A stretch of 27,781 bases of DNA from Thermoplasmata archaeon (GCA_013329135.1 DUKU01000080.1:446-28226), one strand, 5' to 3'; shown: positions 8,470-18,262, numbered from the stretch's first letter. Numbers and translations are program-made. Notes: a model not told the origin generated them from the sequence alone.

Positions 8470-11400
8470 TCACTCGACGACCGTTATCCGGACCTCGATC
8501 CTGAACATGTCCGCGGAGCCGAGGAACCCGAAGGTCGCGGCGCCGACATATATTCCCGGCACCGCCGGCACGCTCCACTCGATGACGAACTCGTGCGCGC
8601 CGGAGCCTACGAGGGAATCGAAGCCAGACGCGAGTATGCTCGCGCCCTGTATGCCCTGCATCACGCTGAGGCCGAAGTATCCCGGGTCTCCGGAGACGGT
8701 GTAGCCCAGCACCTTGATCAGGTACTGTCCGTCAGCGATGTCCCTGAGGGTCAGGGTCTCCGAGGACCCTCCCATGCCGACATACCAGTACGGCTCGTCG
8801 AGGGTCGCTACGCCGTCCATGTTCGCGTCGTACCACAGGCCCAGGTCTATGTCCGGGCAGTTCTCGACCTCCCAGACGGAGACGATCAGTATGCTCGCCG
8901 TCGCGACCGATATGGGCATCGTGTACGCCGCGTTCGCCAGGTCCGCCACGAAGTCGGACGAGAGCACGTCCTGGTAGATCGGTATACTGTCCCACTGCGT
9001 CGCGATGGTCGGGTCCACGCCTCCGCCGAGCACATCGACGGTCCCGTCGACCGTGATGTCGTAGTACGCGTCGATCGTGCCTGATGCCGAGTCGCCATCT
9101 GACAAGTCCACGGTCAAGTCGACCGAGGACGGGTTGAGGTCGTTCAGGACGACCCACTTGGTCACGCCATCGAACTGCTCTCTGGCCTCGTCGCCCGCCA
9201 TGAGCGGGCACCTGAGCACTATCGCGAACGGCGCCGGGGCCCCGAGGGCGTTCTCATAAGCGCCCAATGGGGCAGCTATGACCTCTTTCGGCCCACCGGT
9301 GTTGGTCCACGAGGCGAATATGCCCGCTCCCATGTACCTCTCGTCGCTCGACGCTATGCCTGTCTGGTAGAAGCCGGGACCGTACGGCGCCGCGAAGATC
9401 TGCTCGTTTGCAGCATCTGGGTCGACCGCGATAGGCGCCAACACGTGTATGTTGATGTCCGTGGGCAGCTCCTCCCAGTCGACAGATGTCATCAGGTACG
9501 CGTTCTCGTCGGGCATCTCTGAGGGCACCGACCAGTATATGCGCCAGTCGCCGACCTCGAACCTCCACCACTTGTCCGACTCGCCCACTACGTCGTTGTT
9601 GTAGGGCGTGTCGAACAGGGAGTCGCCTCCGAACTCGAACTCGTAGTCCGTCGCAGGCACATTGACCAGGATGGGTATGCTCTGCACGCGCGACTCGTCG
9701 TCGATGTACACCGCGGCTCCGTAGGATCCGACAGGCGCATCCTCAGGCACGGTCACCTTGAGCTCCCAGGACACCTGTCCGCCAGCGGGCACATCGGCCG
9801 AGAGCGAACTCTCCCAGTCCTCAGAGCCCGAGAGCCTTGCCTGGGCCCATGGGAACGGCTGGAGCGTGTAGTAGTCCAGCTGGATACTGATATCGATGCC
9901 CGCGGTCGGGACTATCGCCCTGACCCTCACGATCATGCCGTCGGTGATCCTGTCGAGCGGGTCCTTGATCATTATCTGGTTCGCGTTGCACTGGGACCCG
10001 TCCACGCTGAACCTCAGGAGCTCCCAGTTCGAGCCCTTGACGTTCAGGATGCCGTTGCCGTTGAGGTCGACCCAGTCGTGCACCTCGAGCCAGTATTCGA
10101 AGTCCTGGACATAGTCCATGTTCGGGTCGAGCTGCTCGAGCGGCATGAACATCGTGACCTTCAGCAGGTCTGTGCCTTCCGGTATGTACTCCGTCACGTC
10201 GAGCATGATGTCGCCGGTCGTCTTGGTGACCGATTCGATCACATCGGTTTCCAGTGGGTCTCTGAGGAGCAGCTGGCTCGATATGTCGACAGTGACATCT
10301 TCATCGCCGAGGTTGGTCGTCGTGACCAGCTCCACGTCCGACTCGCCTGGCAGTATGAAGTTCGGTGACATCTCGTAGCTCACGCCGTTCAGGCCTCCCG
10401 GGTACAGGGCAGCCTTCGCGAACAGCTCGCCGTCGACCATCGACACGACGCCATCGGAGCCGCTCATCGCATCAGCGTATGTGCCGGCGTTGAGCCAGCC
10501 AGCGCCCTGCTTGAACGGGTCGTAGTGCATGTCGTCCGCGGCCGCCATCAGGACTGCCTTCGCGTAGTCCTTGTCAGGCGCCCCGCCGAATGTCTCCATA
10601 AATGCCTGGTATCCGAGAGCCGCGCCTCCCGCAGTCGTCGGGGTCGCATGGCTCGTGCCGCTCCCGACCTGTAGGTGGGCAGCGCCGTTGCCTATGGTCC
10701 CCAACTCGTCCGCGATGTTGAGCGGCATCGGCTCGAGCGAGTACATGCCGGACGCGATGATCTCCGCGTTCAGCTTGCCGTTCCTGCCAGGTCCCGAGTT
10801 CGAGAACGGAGCGACATCGCCCCACTTCTGCTCGCCTGGTATGGTCTCGTATCCGAGCCAGTACCTGTACTGCATGGTGGTGCCTGCACCAACATGGACC
10901 GAGGTCGCGTCAACGATGCTGTGCACGGTGCCGTATCCCGGGCCGCCGTTGCCGGTGGACCAGAACCAGAGCGTCGGGCCCTGCATCGATATGGTGGTCA
11001 TGATCATGTCCAGCTCCGTGTAGCCCGCATCGACCGCGGTATCCGACCAGCCGTAGCTGTTCGTCACAAGGGTGGCTTCATCGCCAGTGCCAGGAGTGCC
11101 GTCGGCTCCGAACTGGGCGAACATCCAGGCGTTCACGGTGCTCCCGGTGAAGGGTATGCATATGAGTCTCGCACCGGGCGCCATGCCCCCGAGCTGTCCT
11201 CCCATGGTCAATCCCTGAGCGACTGCCGACGAGGATGTCATCGTTCCGTGGGTGCCTGCGTAAGCCCCCATGAAGGCGACCGCGTCCCCAGCCTCGGCCT
11301 TGAACTCAGCGCCGTAGGTCCAGCCGGATGCGGGATAGACATTGATCCCGTCTGCGATCCAGTACGCCATGCCGCCCGAGTAGTCAGCGAAGCCATCGCC

Positions 11401-12441
11401 CGCGTTCCAGGCGCTGGTGTCCGTGAGGCCCGTGGTGGCGTCGTACAGGTCGAAGTACGATATCTCGTCGCCCATCGTGCAGGGCTTGTCGTTGGTGAAT
11501 GAGAAGTCGCGCAGCACGTCGACATAGACCGTGTCGTACACGCCGGAATCAACAGAGTCCACAACGAGCACTGCGACAGGGCCGCCCCAGAGGGCCGCCA
11601 GAGTCGGGTCAGGGTGGTACCCGATGTGGTACGTCCCGCTCATGCTCATGACTTTGTTGCCTTCTATGTCCATGAGGCCCTTGACCTTGTACTTGACCCC
11701 GTCGAACAGCACATGGGCGCCCTTCTTCGCGGCCACCTCAGTCGTGGTGTCGGCCATCCAGCCGCCGATGTTGCCGTTCTTCCACTGCAGCGCGGCGTAG
11801 TCATCGTATGCTATGGGCCAGCCCATATATGGGCCGGATTCGTGCCTGGCCTGCTGTCCCTGCATGTCAGGGTGGGCCATGTCGAACCCGTCGTCGATGA
11901 CTGCCAGAAGCACGCCTTCGCCGTCATAGCCAGACTCCCATGCGTCCACTGCGCCGTGGACCACATCGATGTCGTAGTCTTCGGGCGCCGGCACGAGTGA
12001 GTCAACCGACACGCTGTCCCTGAGCAGCTCCGCCTTCGACTCGTCGACGCTCGGCTTCTCGAAGGCCAGGATGCTCGTCACGCCATCGGCCGCCGCCAAC
12101 GCGGATATAGTCCCCGCGTCCAAGGCCATGAGGCTGACCGTCGGCATTCCAGCGAACTCCCTGCTCGCTATCTCAGGCAGTCCTCTCGAGGTGAGCACGG
12201 TGTTGGCCGCAGCCCTGTCCTCGGCGATCACATACACATCAAAGGGGCCATCGGACTCCAACATCAGCTCTCTCAATGCGGAGTCGACCCTGGCCCCGTT
12301 ACCGTCCGAGCCCATGCCATCCTGGTCATATGCAGTGCTCTGCGCGGTCGTCGGTGTTGGACCGATGACCGCGAGTGCCGCCACGACCATGATCGACGCG
12401 AAGATGACACTTAGGCTAGCTCTCCTTAACATCGTTTTCAC
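8470..12441 (-). CDS. Large secreted S8 (subtilisin/pyrolysin-like) serine protease with C-terminal beta/PPC-like modules and no membrane anchor
   Basis: Signal peptide and prodomain. Catalytic Asp in LAVIDDGFD, His in AGTHGT, oxyanion region GNGGPG, catalytic Ser in GSGTSHATP, then QGAGWLN. A large insert lies between the D and H motifs. Confidence 0.92.
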   Translation of the reverse strand: MKTMLRRASLSVIFASIMVVAALAVIGPTPTTAQSTAYDQDGMGSDGNGARVDSALRELMLESDGPFDVYVIAEDRAAANTVLTSRGLPEIASREFAGMPTVSLMALDAGTISALAAADGVTSILAFEKPSVDESKAELLRDSVSVDSLVPAPEDYDIDVVHGAVDAWESGYDGEGVLLAVIDDGFDMAHPDMQGQQARHESGPYMGWPIAYDDYAALQWKNGNIGGWMADTTTEVAAKKGAHVLFDGVKYKVKGLMDIEGNKVMSMSGTYHIGYHPDPTLAALWGGPVAVLVVDSVDSGVYDTVYVDVLRDFSFTNDKPCTMGDEISYFDLYDATTGLTDTSAWNAGDGFADYSGGMAYWIADGINVYPASGWTYGAEFKAEAGDAVAFMGAYAGTHGTMTSSSAVAQGLTMGGQLGGMAPGARLICIPFTGSTVNAWMFAQFGADGTPGTGDEATLVTNSYGWSDTAVDAGYTELDMIMTTISMQGPTLWFWSTGNGGPGYGTVHSIVDATSVHVGAGTTMQYRYWLGYETIPGEQKWGDVAPFSNSGPGRNGKLNAEIIASGMYSLEPMPLNIADELGTIGNGAAHLQVGSGTSHATPTTAGGAALGYQAFMETFGGAPDKDYAKAVLMAAADDMHYDPFKQGAGWLNAGTYADAMSGSDGVVSMVDGELFAKAALYPGGLNGVSYEMSPNFILPGESDVELVTTTNLGDEDVTVDISSQLLLRDPLETDVIESVTKTTGDIMLDVTEYIPEGTDLLKVTMFMPLEQLDPNMDYVQDFEYWLEVHDWVDLNGNGILNVKGSNWELLRFSVDGSQCNANQIMIKDPLDRITDGMIVRVRAIVPTAGIDISIQLDYYTLQPFPWAQARLSGSEDWESSLSADVPAGGQVSWELKVTVPEDAPVGSYGAAVYIDDESRVQSIPILVNVPATDYEFEFGGDSLFDTPYNNDVVGESDKWWRFEVGDWRIYWSVPSEMPDENAYLMTSVDWEELPTDINIHVLAPIAVDPDAANEQIFAAPYGPGFYQTGIASSDERYMGAGIFASWTNTGGPKEVIAAPLGAYENALGAPAPFAIVLRCPLMAGDEAREQFDGVTKWVVLNDLNPSSVDLTVDLSDGDSASGTIDAYYDITVDGTVDVLGGGVDPTIATQWDSIPIYQDVLSSDFVADLANAAYTMPISVATASILIVSVWEVENCPDIDLGLWYDANMDGVATLDEPYWYVGMGGSSETLTLRDIADGQYLIKVLGYTVSGDPGYFGLSVMQGIQGASILASGFDSLVGSGAHEFVIEWSVPAVPGIYVGAATFGFLGSADMFRIEVRITVVE

Positions 12442-12772
12442 AGTCTCTCCCCCCTGTGCGATGCCACATCATTGTACAAATATGTGGTAAGCAGGAAAGC
12501 GGACTTTCCGCTATTAAGGTCTGTCGGTCAGTAGTGCAAAAAGTGGTACAAAACACGAGATGATGCGGGGGAGGTCGGGTCCTTCGGGCGAGCTGCCGCA
12601 CCGGTCCCTCTGCAGTTCCCTCGCTGGGCCCCTCCACCGAGAGCGCCTTCTCGTCTTTGAAGAGCTGCAGAATGAGCGGACTCGAATCGCACGGATGCCA
12701 TAGGTCGTCAACTTTCAAGTACCACCTGGTATTACTGAATGAAGGCCGCGACCGTACAAGAGGTGTCGTTAG

Positions 12773-14353
12773 ATGAGCGGGACGAAGGTGGACCCTTGGT
12801 CAGTACACAGAGGGGATCCGAAGAGCAAGCACTCCAAGGTCCGCAAGGTCGGCAAGTGGCTGAACAAGAGGAAGATCGGCCTCGCGCTCGGGCCGCTCAT
12901 CTTCCTCATCCTTGTGCTCATGCCAGTGCCGCAGTCGATGGCGGATGTCGCGGCTGACATAGATGCCCCTGAACGCGCGCCCCAGATCGCCCTCGGCACG
13001 CTCCTGTGGGTGCTCGTGTGGTGGGTCACCGAATGCGTCCCGCTCGGCATCGCTGCCCTGCTTCCTCCTATCATCTTCTCGATGTCCAGGATCGTCACCT
13101 GGAAGACCTCCCTCACCGCGTTCACCGATCCCATAATCTGGATATTCATGGCGGGGTTCGTCCTCGCCGCTGCGTTCAGGAAGTGGGACCTCGACCGGAG
13201 GATAGCCCTCAGGCTCGGACTTCTCTACAAGGGGAGCAACCCCATGATAGCAGCATTCTTCGTCGCCGCGCTCCCCGTCTTCATTCTGACTCTGACAGGC
13301 TCCATCACCGCTTCGACGGCGGTGGTGTTCCCGTTCCTGATTGCCTATCTGTCGATGGCAGGGGTCAAGTCCGGGGGCCGTTACAGCGAGGCGTGCATGC
13401 TGGTCCTCGCACAGGCCGCCACCGCAGGCGCGATGCTCCTGCTCATCAGCACTCCGCCGAACCTCATCGCGAAGAGCACTGCGCTTGAGTATGCGGCTGT
13501 AGACCTCACATTCCTCGACTGGCTCATCGTGGGGACCCCTCACGCGATAATCGGCCTGTTTGTCACCTGGATAGTCGTCTTCAAGGTGCTGAAGCCTGAG
13601 GAGAAGACGGTGGCGGCCGACAAGTCGAAGATGATCGCAGTCGCCAAACAGCTAGGCAGGATGAGCAGGGGCGAGAAGGTCGTCGCAGGCCTTCTCGTAC
13701 TGGCTGTGAGCCTCTGGATATTCCCCTCGATAGTGAAGGTCGCCGCCGGGTATAATCCCAGTCTGCAAGGCCTGTCCAGCGACCTGTCCGTCATCATGCC
13801 CGAGGCGATGCCCGCGGTCCTCGTGATACTGCTGGCGGGTCTCATCAGGGTCAGGGATGAACCCGTCCTGAAATGGGACGAGATTGCAAGAGGCATCGAT
13901 TGGAACGTGGTCTTCCTGTTCGGCGGAGGCATCGCGCTCGGGATCGGGTTGGCGGACAGCGGGTTCGCCACTTGGCTCGCGAACGGGGTGGCTGATGCGA
14001 TGGGAGACAACCCGAGCGCGTGGGGGATATACGCCATCTCGTGCGTACTCGGTTTCGTCCTGACATATGCCGCGTCCAACACCGCCGCTGCCCTGATATC
14101 GTGCCCCATCGCGGCAACGCTCGCGATTGGCGCCGGGTTCACTGGCGCAGAGGTACTGGCGCCGATCGTCGGCGCCGGGCTGGCCTGCTCCATATCGAGT
14201 GCAATACCGTCGACCACGCCTCCGATGGCGATAGTCTACAGCTCGGGCTATGTCAAGATCTGGAGCATGTTCAAGGTCGGGATCATCTCCGACACGCTCA
14301 GGCTGAGCGCTCTCATAGTCCTCGGTCCATTGTTCACGAACTTGTTGGTCTGA
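12773..14353 (+). CDS. SLC13/DASS family Na+:dicarboxylate or sulfate symporter
   Basis: WWVTECVP, IFMAGFVLAAAFRKWDLDRRIAL, ISTPPNLI, WNVVFLFGGGIALG, YAASNTAAA and STTPPMAIVYSSG motifs, with many TM segments. Confidence 0.92.
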   Translation: MSGTKVDPWSVHRGDPKSKHSKVRKVGKWLNKRKIGLALGPLIFLILVLMPVPQSMADVAADIDAPERAPQIALGTLLWVLVWWVTECVPLGIAALLPPIIFSMSRIVTWKTSLTAFTDPIIWIFMAGFVLAAAFRKWDLDRRIALRLGLLYKGSNPMIAAFFVAALPVFILTLTGSITASTAVVFPFLIAYLSMAGVKSGGRYSEACMLVLAQAATAGAMLLLISTPPNLIAKSTALEYAAVDLTFLDWLIVGTPHAIIGLFVTWIVVFKVLKPEEKTVAADKSKMIAVAKQLGRMSRGEKVVAGLLVLAVSLWIFPSIVKVAAGYNPSLQGLSSDLSVIMPEAMPAVLVILLAGLIRVRDEPVLKWDEIARGIDWNVVFLFGGGIALGIGLADSGFATWLANGVADAMGDNPSAWGIYAISCVLGFVLTYAASNTAAALISCPIAATLAIGAGFTGAEVLAPIVGAGLACSISSAIPSTTPPMAIVYSSGYVKIWSMFKVGIISDTLRLSALIVLGPLFTNLLV

Positions 14354-14429
14354 ACAGCGGCTGGCGCGCGTCCCCTTGCGTGTGCGTAAGCGGGCGCGCA
14401 CGCGTGGCGCTAGTTCTCAGTCTACAGTG

Positions 14430-14436
14430 TTATATA
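14430..14436 (+). promoter_or_regulatory. TATA box of ftsZ
   Basis: TTATATA about 38 nt upstream of the ATG. Confidence 0.5.
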
Positions 14437-14473
14437 GTCGTGGACAACACGTAGATACTCAAGGGGATGCACA

Positions 14474-15652
14474 ATGCCGCGAAGTATCATAGAAGGCGCC
14501 TTGGGTTCGAGAGCGCCCGCCGACGATGTTAGCAATGACAAGGGACAGCCGGAGATGTCCGCTGAGGAGTTGGAGATCGAGAAGATCGCCGAAGGCCTCA
14601 ACGTGTGCATCAAGCTCGTCGGGTGCGGAGGCGCTGGGTCCAACACGGTCAACAGGTTCTTCGAGCAGGGAGTCTCCGGCGTGCAGACGCTCGCCATCAA
14701 CACAGACGCGAAGCATCTCCTTTCCGTGAAGGCCAGCAGGAAGATACTGATTGGGAAGACGCTCACGAGGGGATTGGGCGCGGGCGCGAAGCCCGAGATC
14801 GGCGAGCGCGCTGCCATGGAGAACGAGCGCGATCTCGAGGACTTCGTGAAGGGTTCTCAGATCGTTTTCGTGACCGCAGGCATGGGCGGAGGCACGGGCA
14901 CCAGCAGCTCATTCGTCGTGTCCCGCCTTGCCAGGGAGGCGAGGGCGCTCACCGTCGGTGTCGTCACGCTCCCGTTCAAGTCCGAAGGGGAGATGCGGAT
15001 GGAGAACGCCATGGAGGGACTGTCACGCCTCGCGAAGGTGTGCGACACCACGATAGTGATCCCCAACGATACTCTGCTCGAGCTCGTGCCGAACCTGCCG
15101 GTCCAGGCAGCGTTCAAGGTCGCCGACGAGCTCCTTCTCCAGACCATAGGTGGACTCACAGAGATGCTCACCAGGGCCGGCCTGGTCAACGTGGACTATG
15201 CCGACCTCCGCACGATCCTCGACGAGGGCGGTGTATCCCTCATCGGCGTCGGGGAGTCCGAGGGCGCGCCGATGAAGAGGATGGACGAGGCGGTGGACGA
15301 GGCTCTGACATCTCCGTTGCTCGGCAGGATAGACCTCAAGGACGCGAAGGGCGCGCTTGTGAGGGTCGTCGGCGGACCGGACATGACCATAGAAGAGGCC
15401 GCGAAGGCGGCGGAGATCATCTCGAGCAAGCTCAGGCCTGATGGTCGTCTGATCTGGGGCTGCTCCATCGAGAGCGGCATGCAGGGCAAGGTCAAGATAC
15501 TGCTCATCGTGACTGGCGCGAGGTCACAATACGTCCTCCTCCGCGACGGCACGGAACCCGTGATCCAGAGGACTGGCGAGGACTACCGCGGATCGGTCAA
15601 TGTGCCGTCGCATATACACGCCGACGAGGACACGTCTTACTTCGTCAGATGA
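14474..15652 (+). CDS. ftsZ: Cell-division GTPase FtsZ (archaeal FtsZ1-like) with a variant signature loop
   Basis: VGCGGAGSN, AINTD, GLGAGAKPEIG, TAGMGGGTGTS, LPFKSEG, IPND, T7 loop GLVNVDYAD, SPLL, LIWG and IVTG. Confidence 0.93.
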   Translation: MPRSIIEGALGSRAPADDVSNDKGQPEMSAEELEIEKIAEGLNVCIKLVGCGGAGSNTVNRFFEQGVSGVQTLAINTDAKHLLSVKASRKILIGKTLTRGLGAGAKPEIGERAAMENERDLEDFVKGSQIVFVTAGMGGGTGTSSSFVVSRLAREARALTVGVVTLPFKSEGEMRMENAMEGLSRLAKVCDTTIVIPNDTLLELVPNLPVQAAFKVADELLLQTIGGLTEMLTRAGLVNVDYADLRTILDEGGVSLIGVGESEGAPMKRMDEAVDEALTSPLLGRIDLKDAKGALVRVVGGPDMTIEEAAKAAEIISSKLRPDGRLIWGCSIESGMQGKVKILLIVTGARSQYVLLRDGTEPVIQRTGEDYRGSVNVPSHIHADEDTSYFVR

Positions 15653-15654
15653 CC

Positions 15655-17559
15655 TCAGAGGCTCAGGAATAGGTGGGACGCGGCCCCCATGACCATGGCC
15701 AGTGAGATGGAGCCCGCGGTCACGAGCAGTGTGCTCTTCAGCCCGAACTCCTTCAACATGACCGCCCACGCCGCGAGGCAGGGCATGAACACGGCCATGA
15801 CGAGCGCGAAGGTGAACATCTGCTCGGGGGTGAGATGCAGCGCGAGGTTGCTCGTGCCGAACAGAACCATGAGCATCTGGAGCGCCATCTCCTTCCTCAG
15901 GATGCCGAACACCAGCGCGACCACCGTGACGCCGGGGAGGCCGAGGACGACTATCATGAACCCTTCGGAGGGTTCGATCAGTCTCTGAAGGGCTCCCTCC
16001 GCCATGAGCATCTCGAGCACGATGCTGCCCACAAGGAGGAGCGGGAATGCGATTGTCAGAAACTCCTTGATCCTGATGGATGTCTTCCTCAGGGTCTCCG
16101 AGGCCGATGGTGTCCGAAGGTCTGGAATCTCGACGAACAGGCCCGTTGGCTCGAACTTGATGGTCCTGTGCATCACGAACCCCAGGAACACGAGCGTCGC
16201 GCCGAGTATGAGGTATATCGACAGCGCCCAGGTGACGCCCGCGTAGTTGCCCACGGTGCCGATTATGATCGCCGTCTGCGCGGAACATGGCACCGCCATG
16301 GTGATGAGCGTGGCGAGTATGAGCCGTTCCCTCTTCGACCCCATGGCCCTGGTCGCCAGGATCGCGGGGACGTTGCACCCGAATCCAACGACCATGGGGA
16401 TGATCGCCCTTCCGTGCAGCCCGAGCCTATGCATCACGCCATCCAAGAGCGACACGACCCTGACCAGGTATCCCGTGTCCTCAAGCACGGCGAGCATGAG
16501 GTAGAAGACCAGTATGTACGGTATGACGAGCGCGAGCATCGCCTCGACGCTGAGATAGATCCCCTCGGCCACGCCTTTGGCGAGTCCGCTCGACAGACCG
16601 TCTTTGAAGTCCTCGAACGGTCCTCGGAGGGCGTCCGTGTAGGCTCCCACGAGCGCCCCTTCTATCCAACCCCCGACGAAGACGAGCACGAGGAACACAG
16701 CGGCGAGCACCGCGACGAGGATGGGGATGCCCGTCACAGGTCTGAGGGTAAGATCGGAGATCAGTCCCTCCTCCTTCTTCCTTCCAGCGGACTCTCCTAC
16801 GACGTCGGATGCGATCCGCCCAGCCTCGCCGAACCGGTCCCTCTCTATGTGCACGACGATGTCCTCGCCGTGTTGATGCACGAACTGCTCTCGCATGGAC
16901 TCTGATGCCTTGACCGCTTCAGGAGCGGCCCGTTCTACGACCCTCGGATCTCCTGTGAGGAGGCGGAGCGATACCGCCCTGAGTGGCATGGACCAGTCCT
17001 CTTCCTTGAGCATCCCGCTGAGTTCTCGGACCATCTCCTCGATGTGCGAGTCGTATCTGACCTTGAACTTGCTCCTGCCTCTGAGCTGAACGGATGTGAA
17101 CAGGAGCGAGTCGATCCCTTCCCCTTTGGTGGCCACGGTGGGGATGACCGGAATCATCAGTATCCGCTCCAGACGTGTGACATCCACGTCGCGTCCGGTC
17201 TTCCTCATCGCATCGTACATGTTGAGCGCTGCGATGACGTGGTATCCTGATTCGATCAGCTCGAATAGCAGGACTAGATTGCGCTCGAGCCTCGTCGAGT
17301 CGAGCACAGCGATGATCGTGTCTGGCCGCCTCTCAAACAATAGGTTCGTCGCGACCCTCTCATCGTCTGTGTTGCCTGCGAGCGAGTAGGTCCCGGGGAT
17401 GTCGATGACTGTGATCGTGGACCCCATGAACTTGGCCTTCCCCTCGAAGAACTCGACGGTCGTTCCGGGGTAGTTGGAGCTGATGACGCCCACGCCGGTG
17501 AGCTTGCTGAAAACGACGCTCTTCCCCACGTTCGGGTTTCCGGCCAGGGCGATCTCCAT
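15655..17559 (-). CDS. feoB: Ferrous iron transporter FeoB
   Basis: G1 GNPNVGKS, G2 NYPGTTV, G3 DIPGTYS, G4 NMYD. Membrane domain with GFGCNVPA, VPCSAQ and FMPCLA. Confidence 0.96.
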   Translation of the reverse strand: MEIALAGNPNVGKSVVFSKLTGVGVISSNYPGTTVEFFEGKAKFMGSTITVIDIPGTYSLAGNTDDERVATNLLFERRPDTIIAVLDSTRLERNLVLLFELIESGYHVIAALNMYDAMRKTGRDVDVTRLERILMIPVIPTVATKGEGIDSLLFTSVQLRGRSKFKVRYDSHIEEMVRELSGMLKEEDWSMPLRAVSLRLLTGDPRVVERAAPEAVKASESMREQFVHQHGEDIVVHIERDRFGEAGRIASDVVGESAGRKKEEGLISDLTLRPVTGIPILVAVLAAVFLVLVFVGGWIEGALVGAYTDALRGPFEDFKDGLSSGLAKGVAEGIYLSVEAMLALVIPYILVFYLMLAVLEDTGYLVRVVSLLDGVMHRLGLHGRAIIPMVVGFGCNVPAILATRAMGSKRERLILATLITMAVPCSAQTAIIIGTVGNYAGVTWALSIYLILGATLVFLGFVMHRTIKFEPTGLFVEIPDLRTPSASETLRKTSIRIKEFLTIAFPLLLVGSIVLEMLMAEGALQRLIEPSEGFMIVVLGLPGVTVVALVFGILRKEMALQMLMVLFGTSNLALHLTPEQMFTFALVMAVFMPCLAAWAVMLKEFGLKSTLLVTAGSISLAMVMGAASHLFLSL

Positions 17560-17571
17560 GCACTCCCTCCC

Positions 17572-18237
17572 TCAGGCCCTGACCATGTGCAGGACGCCGC
17601 CGATCTCCCTCGCGAGCGCGATCTTCGTCCCTTTGAGGGATACGATGATCGGGCCGCCCATGGGCACCTTCTTCTCGACCTTGACCTCGCTTCCAGGGAC
17701 GAAACCCATCGCCAATATGCGGCAGAGTTCGTCCCTGTCATTGGATGTTAGGTGCGACACCGTTCCCACATCGCCTTCCCCCAGGTCGAGCAGGAGAACC
17801 GTCTCGTTCGTGCACTTCTCGCACGCGATGCCACGGTCACATTTGGGTATGAGCTTCCCGTGCGGACACTCGGATGGGCGGTTCAGCATCCGGCACAGCT
17901 GCCTCTCTGCTTCGTCTGTCAGGACATGCTCCATCTTGCATGCCTGCGCGTGCCTCGCCCTTCCCCTGATGCCACACAGGTCGTTGAGGAAACGTTCCAG
18001 GAGCCGGTGCTTCCTGGTCACCTGCCGTGCGATCTTGAGCCCCTTTGGGGTCAGGTTCGCTCCGTGGTATTTCTCGTGCTTCACGTGTCCCTGTTTGGCG
18101 AGCTTCTGCATCATCTCCGTCGCGGACGCGGGCGCGACGTCCATGGCCTTCGCGATGTCGGATGTCTTGGCGACCCCGCCCTCCTCAGTGAGATTGTATA
18201 TGATCTTGAGGTACTGCTCTGCGATCTCGGTTACCAT
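17572..18237 (-). CDS. DtxR/IdeR-family metal-dependent repressor with a C-terminal FeoA domain
   Basis: EQYLKIIY..., HTH, metal sites RKHRLLERFL and ACKMEH, CPHGKLIP. C-terminal FeoA pattern LAMGFVPGSEVKV...PMGGPIIVSLKGTKIALAR. Confidence 0.92.
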   Translation of the reverse strand: MVTEIAEQYLKIIYNLTEEGGVAKTSDIAKAMDVAPASATEMMQKLAKQGHVKHEKYHGANLTPKGLKIARQVTRKHRLLERFLNDLCGIRGRARHAQACKMEHVLTDEAERQLCRMLNRPSECPHGKLIPKCDRGIACEKCTNETVLLLDLGEGDVGTVSHLTSNDRDELCRILAMGFVPGSEVKVEKKVPMGGPIIVSLKGTKIALAREIGGVLHMVRA

Positions 18238-18247
18238 CAGACATGAG

Positions 18248-18261
18248 TTAGGTTAACCTAA
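18248..18261. promoter_or_regulatory. Putative DtxR-family operator
   Basis: Perfect 14-bp palindrome TTAGGTTAACCTAA between the TATA box (18263-18269) and the start codon of the regulator. Confidence 0.8.
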
Positions 18262-18262
18262 A

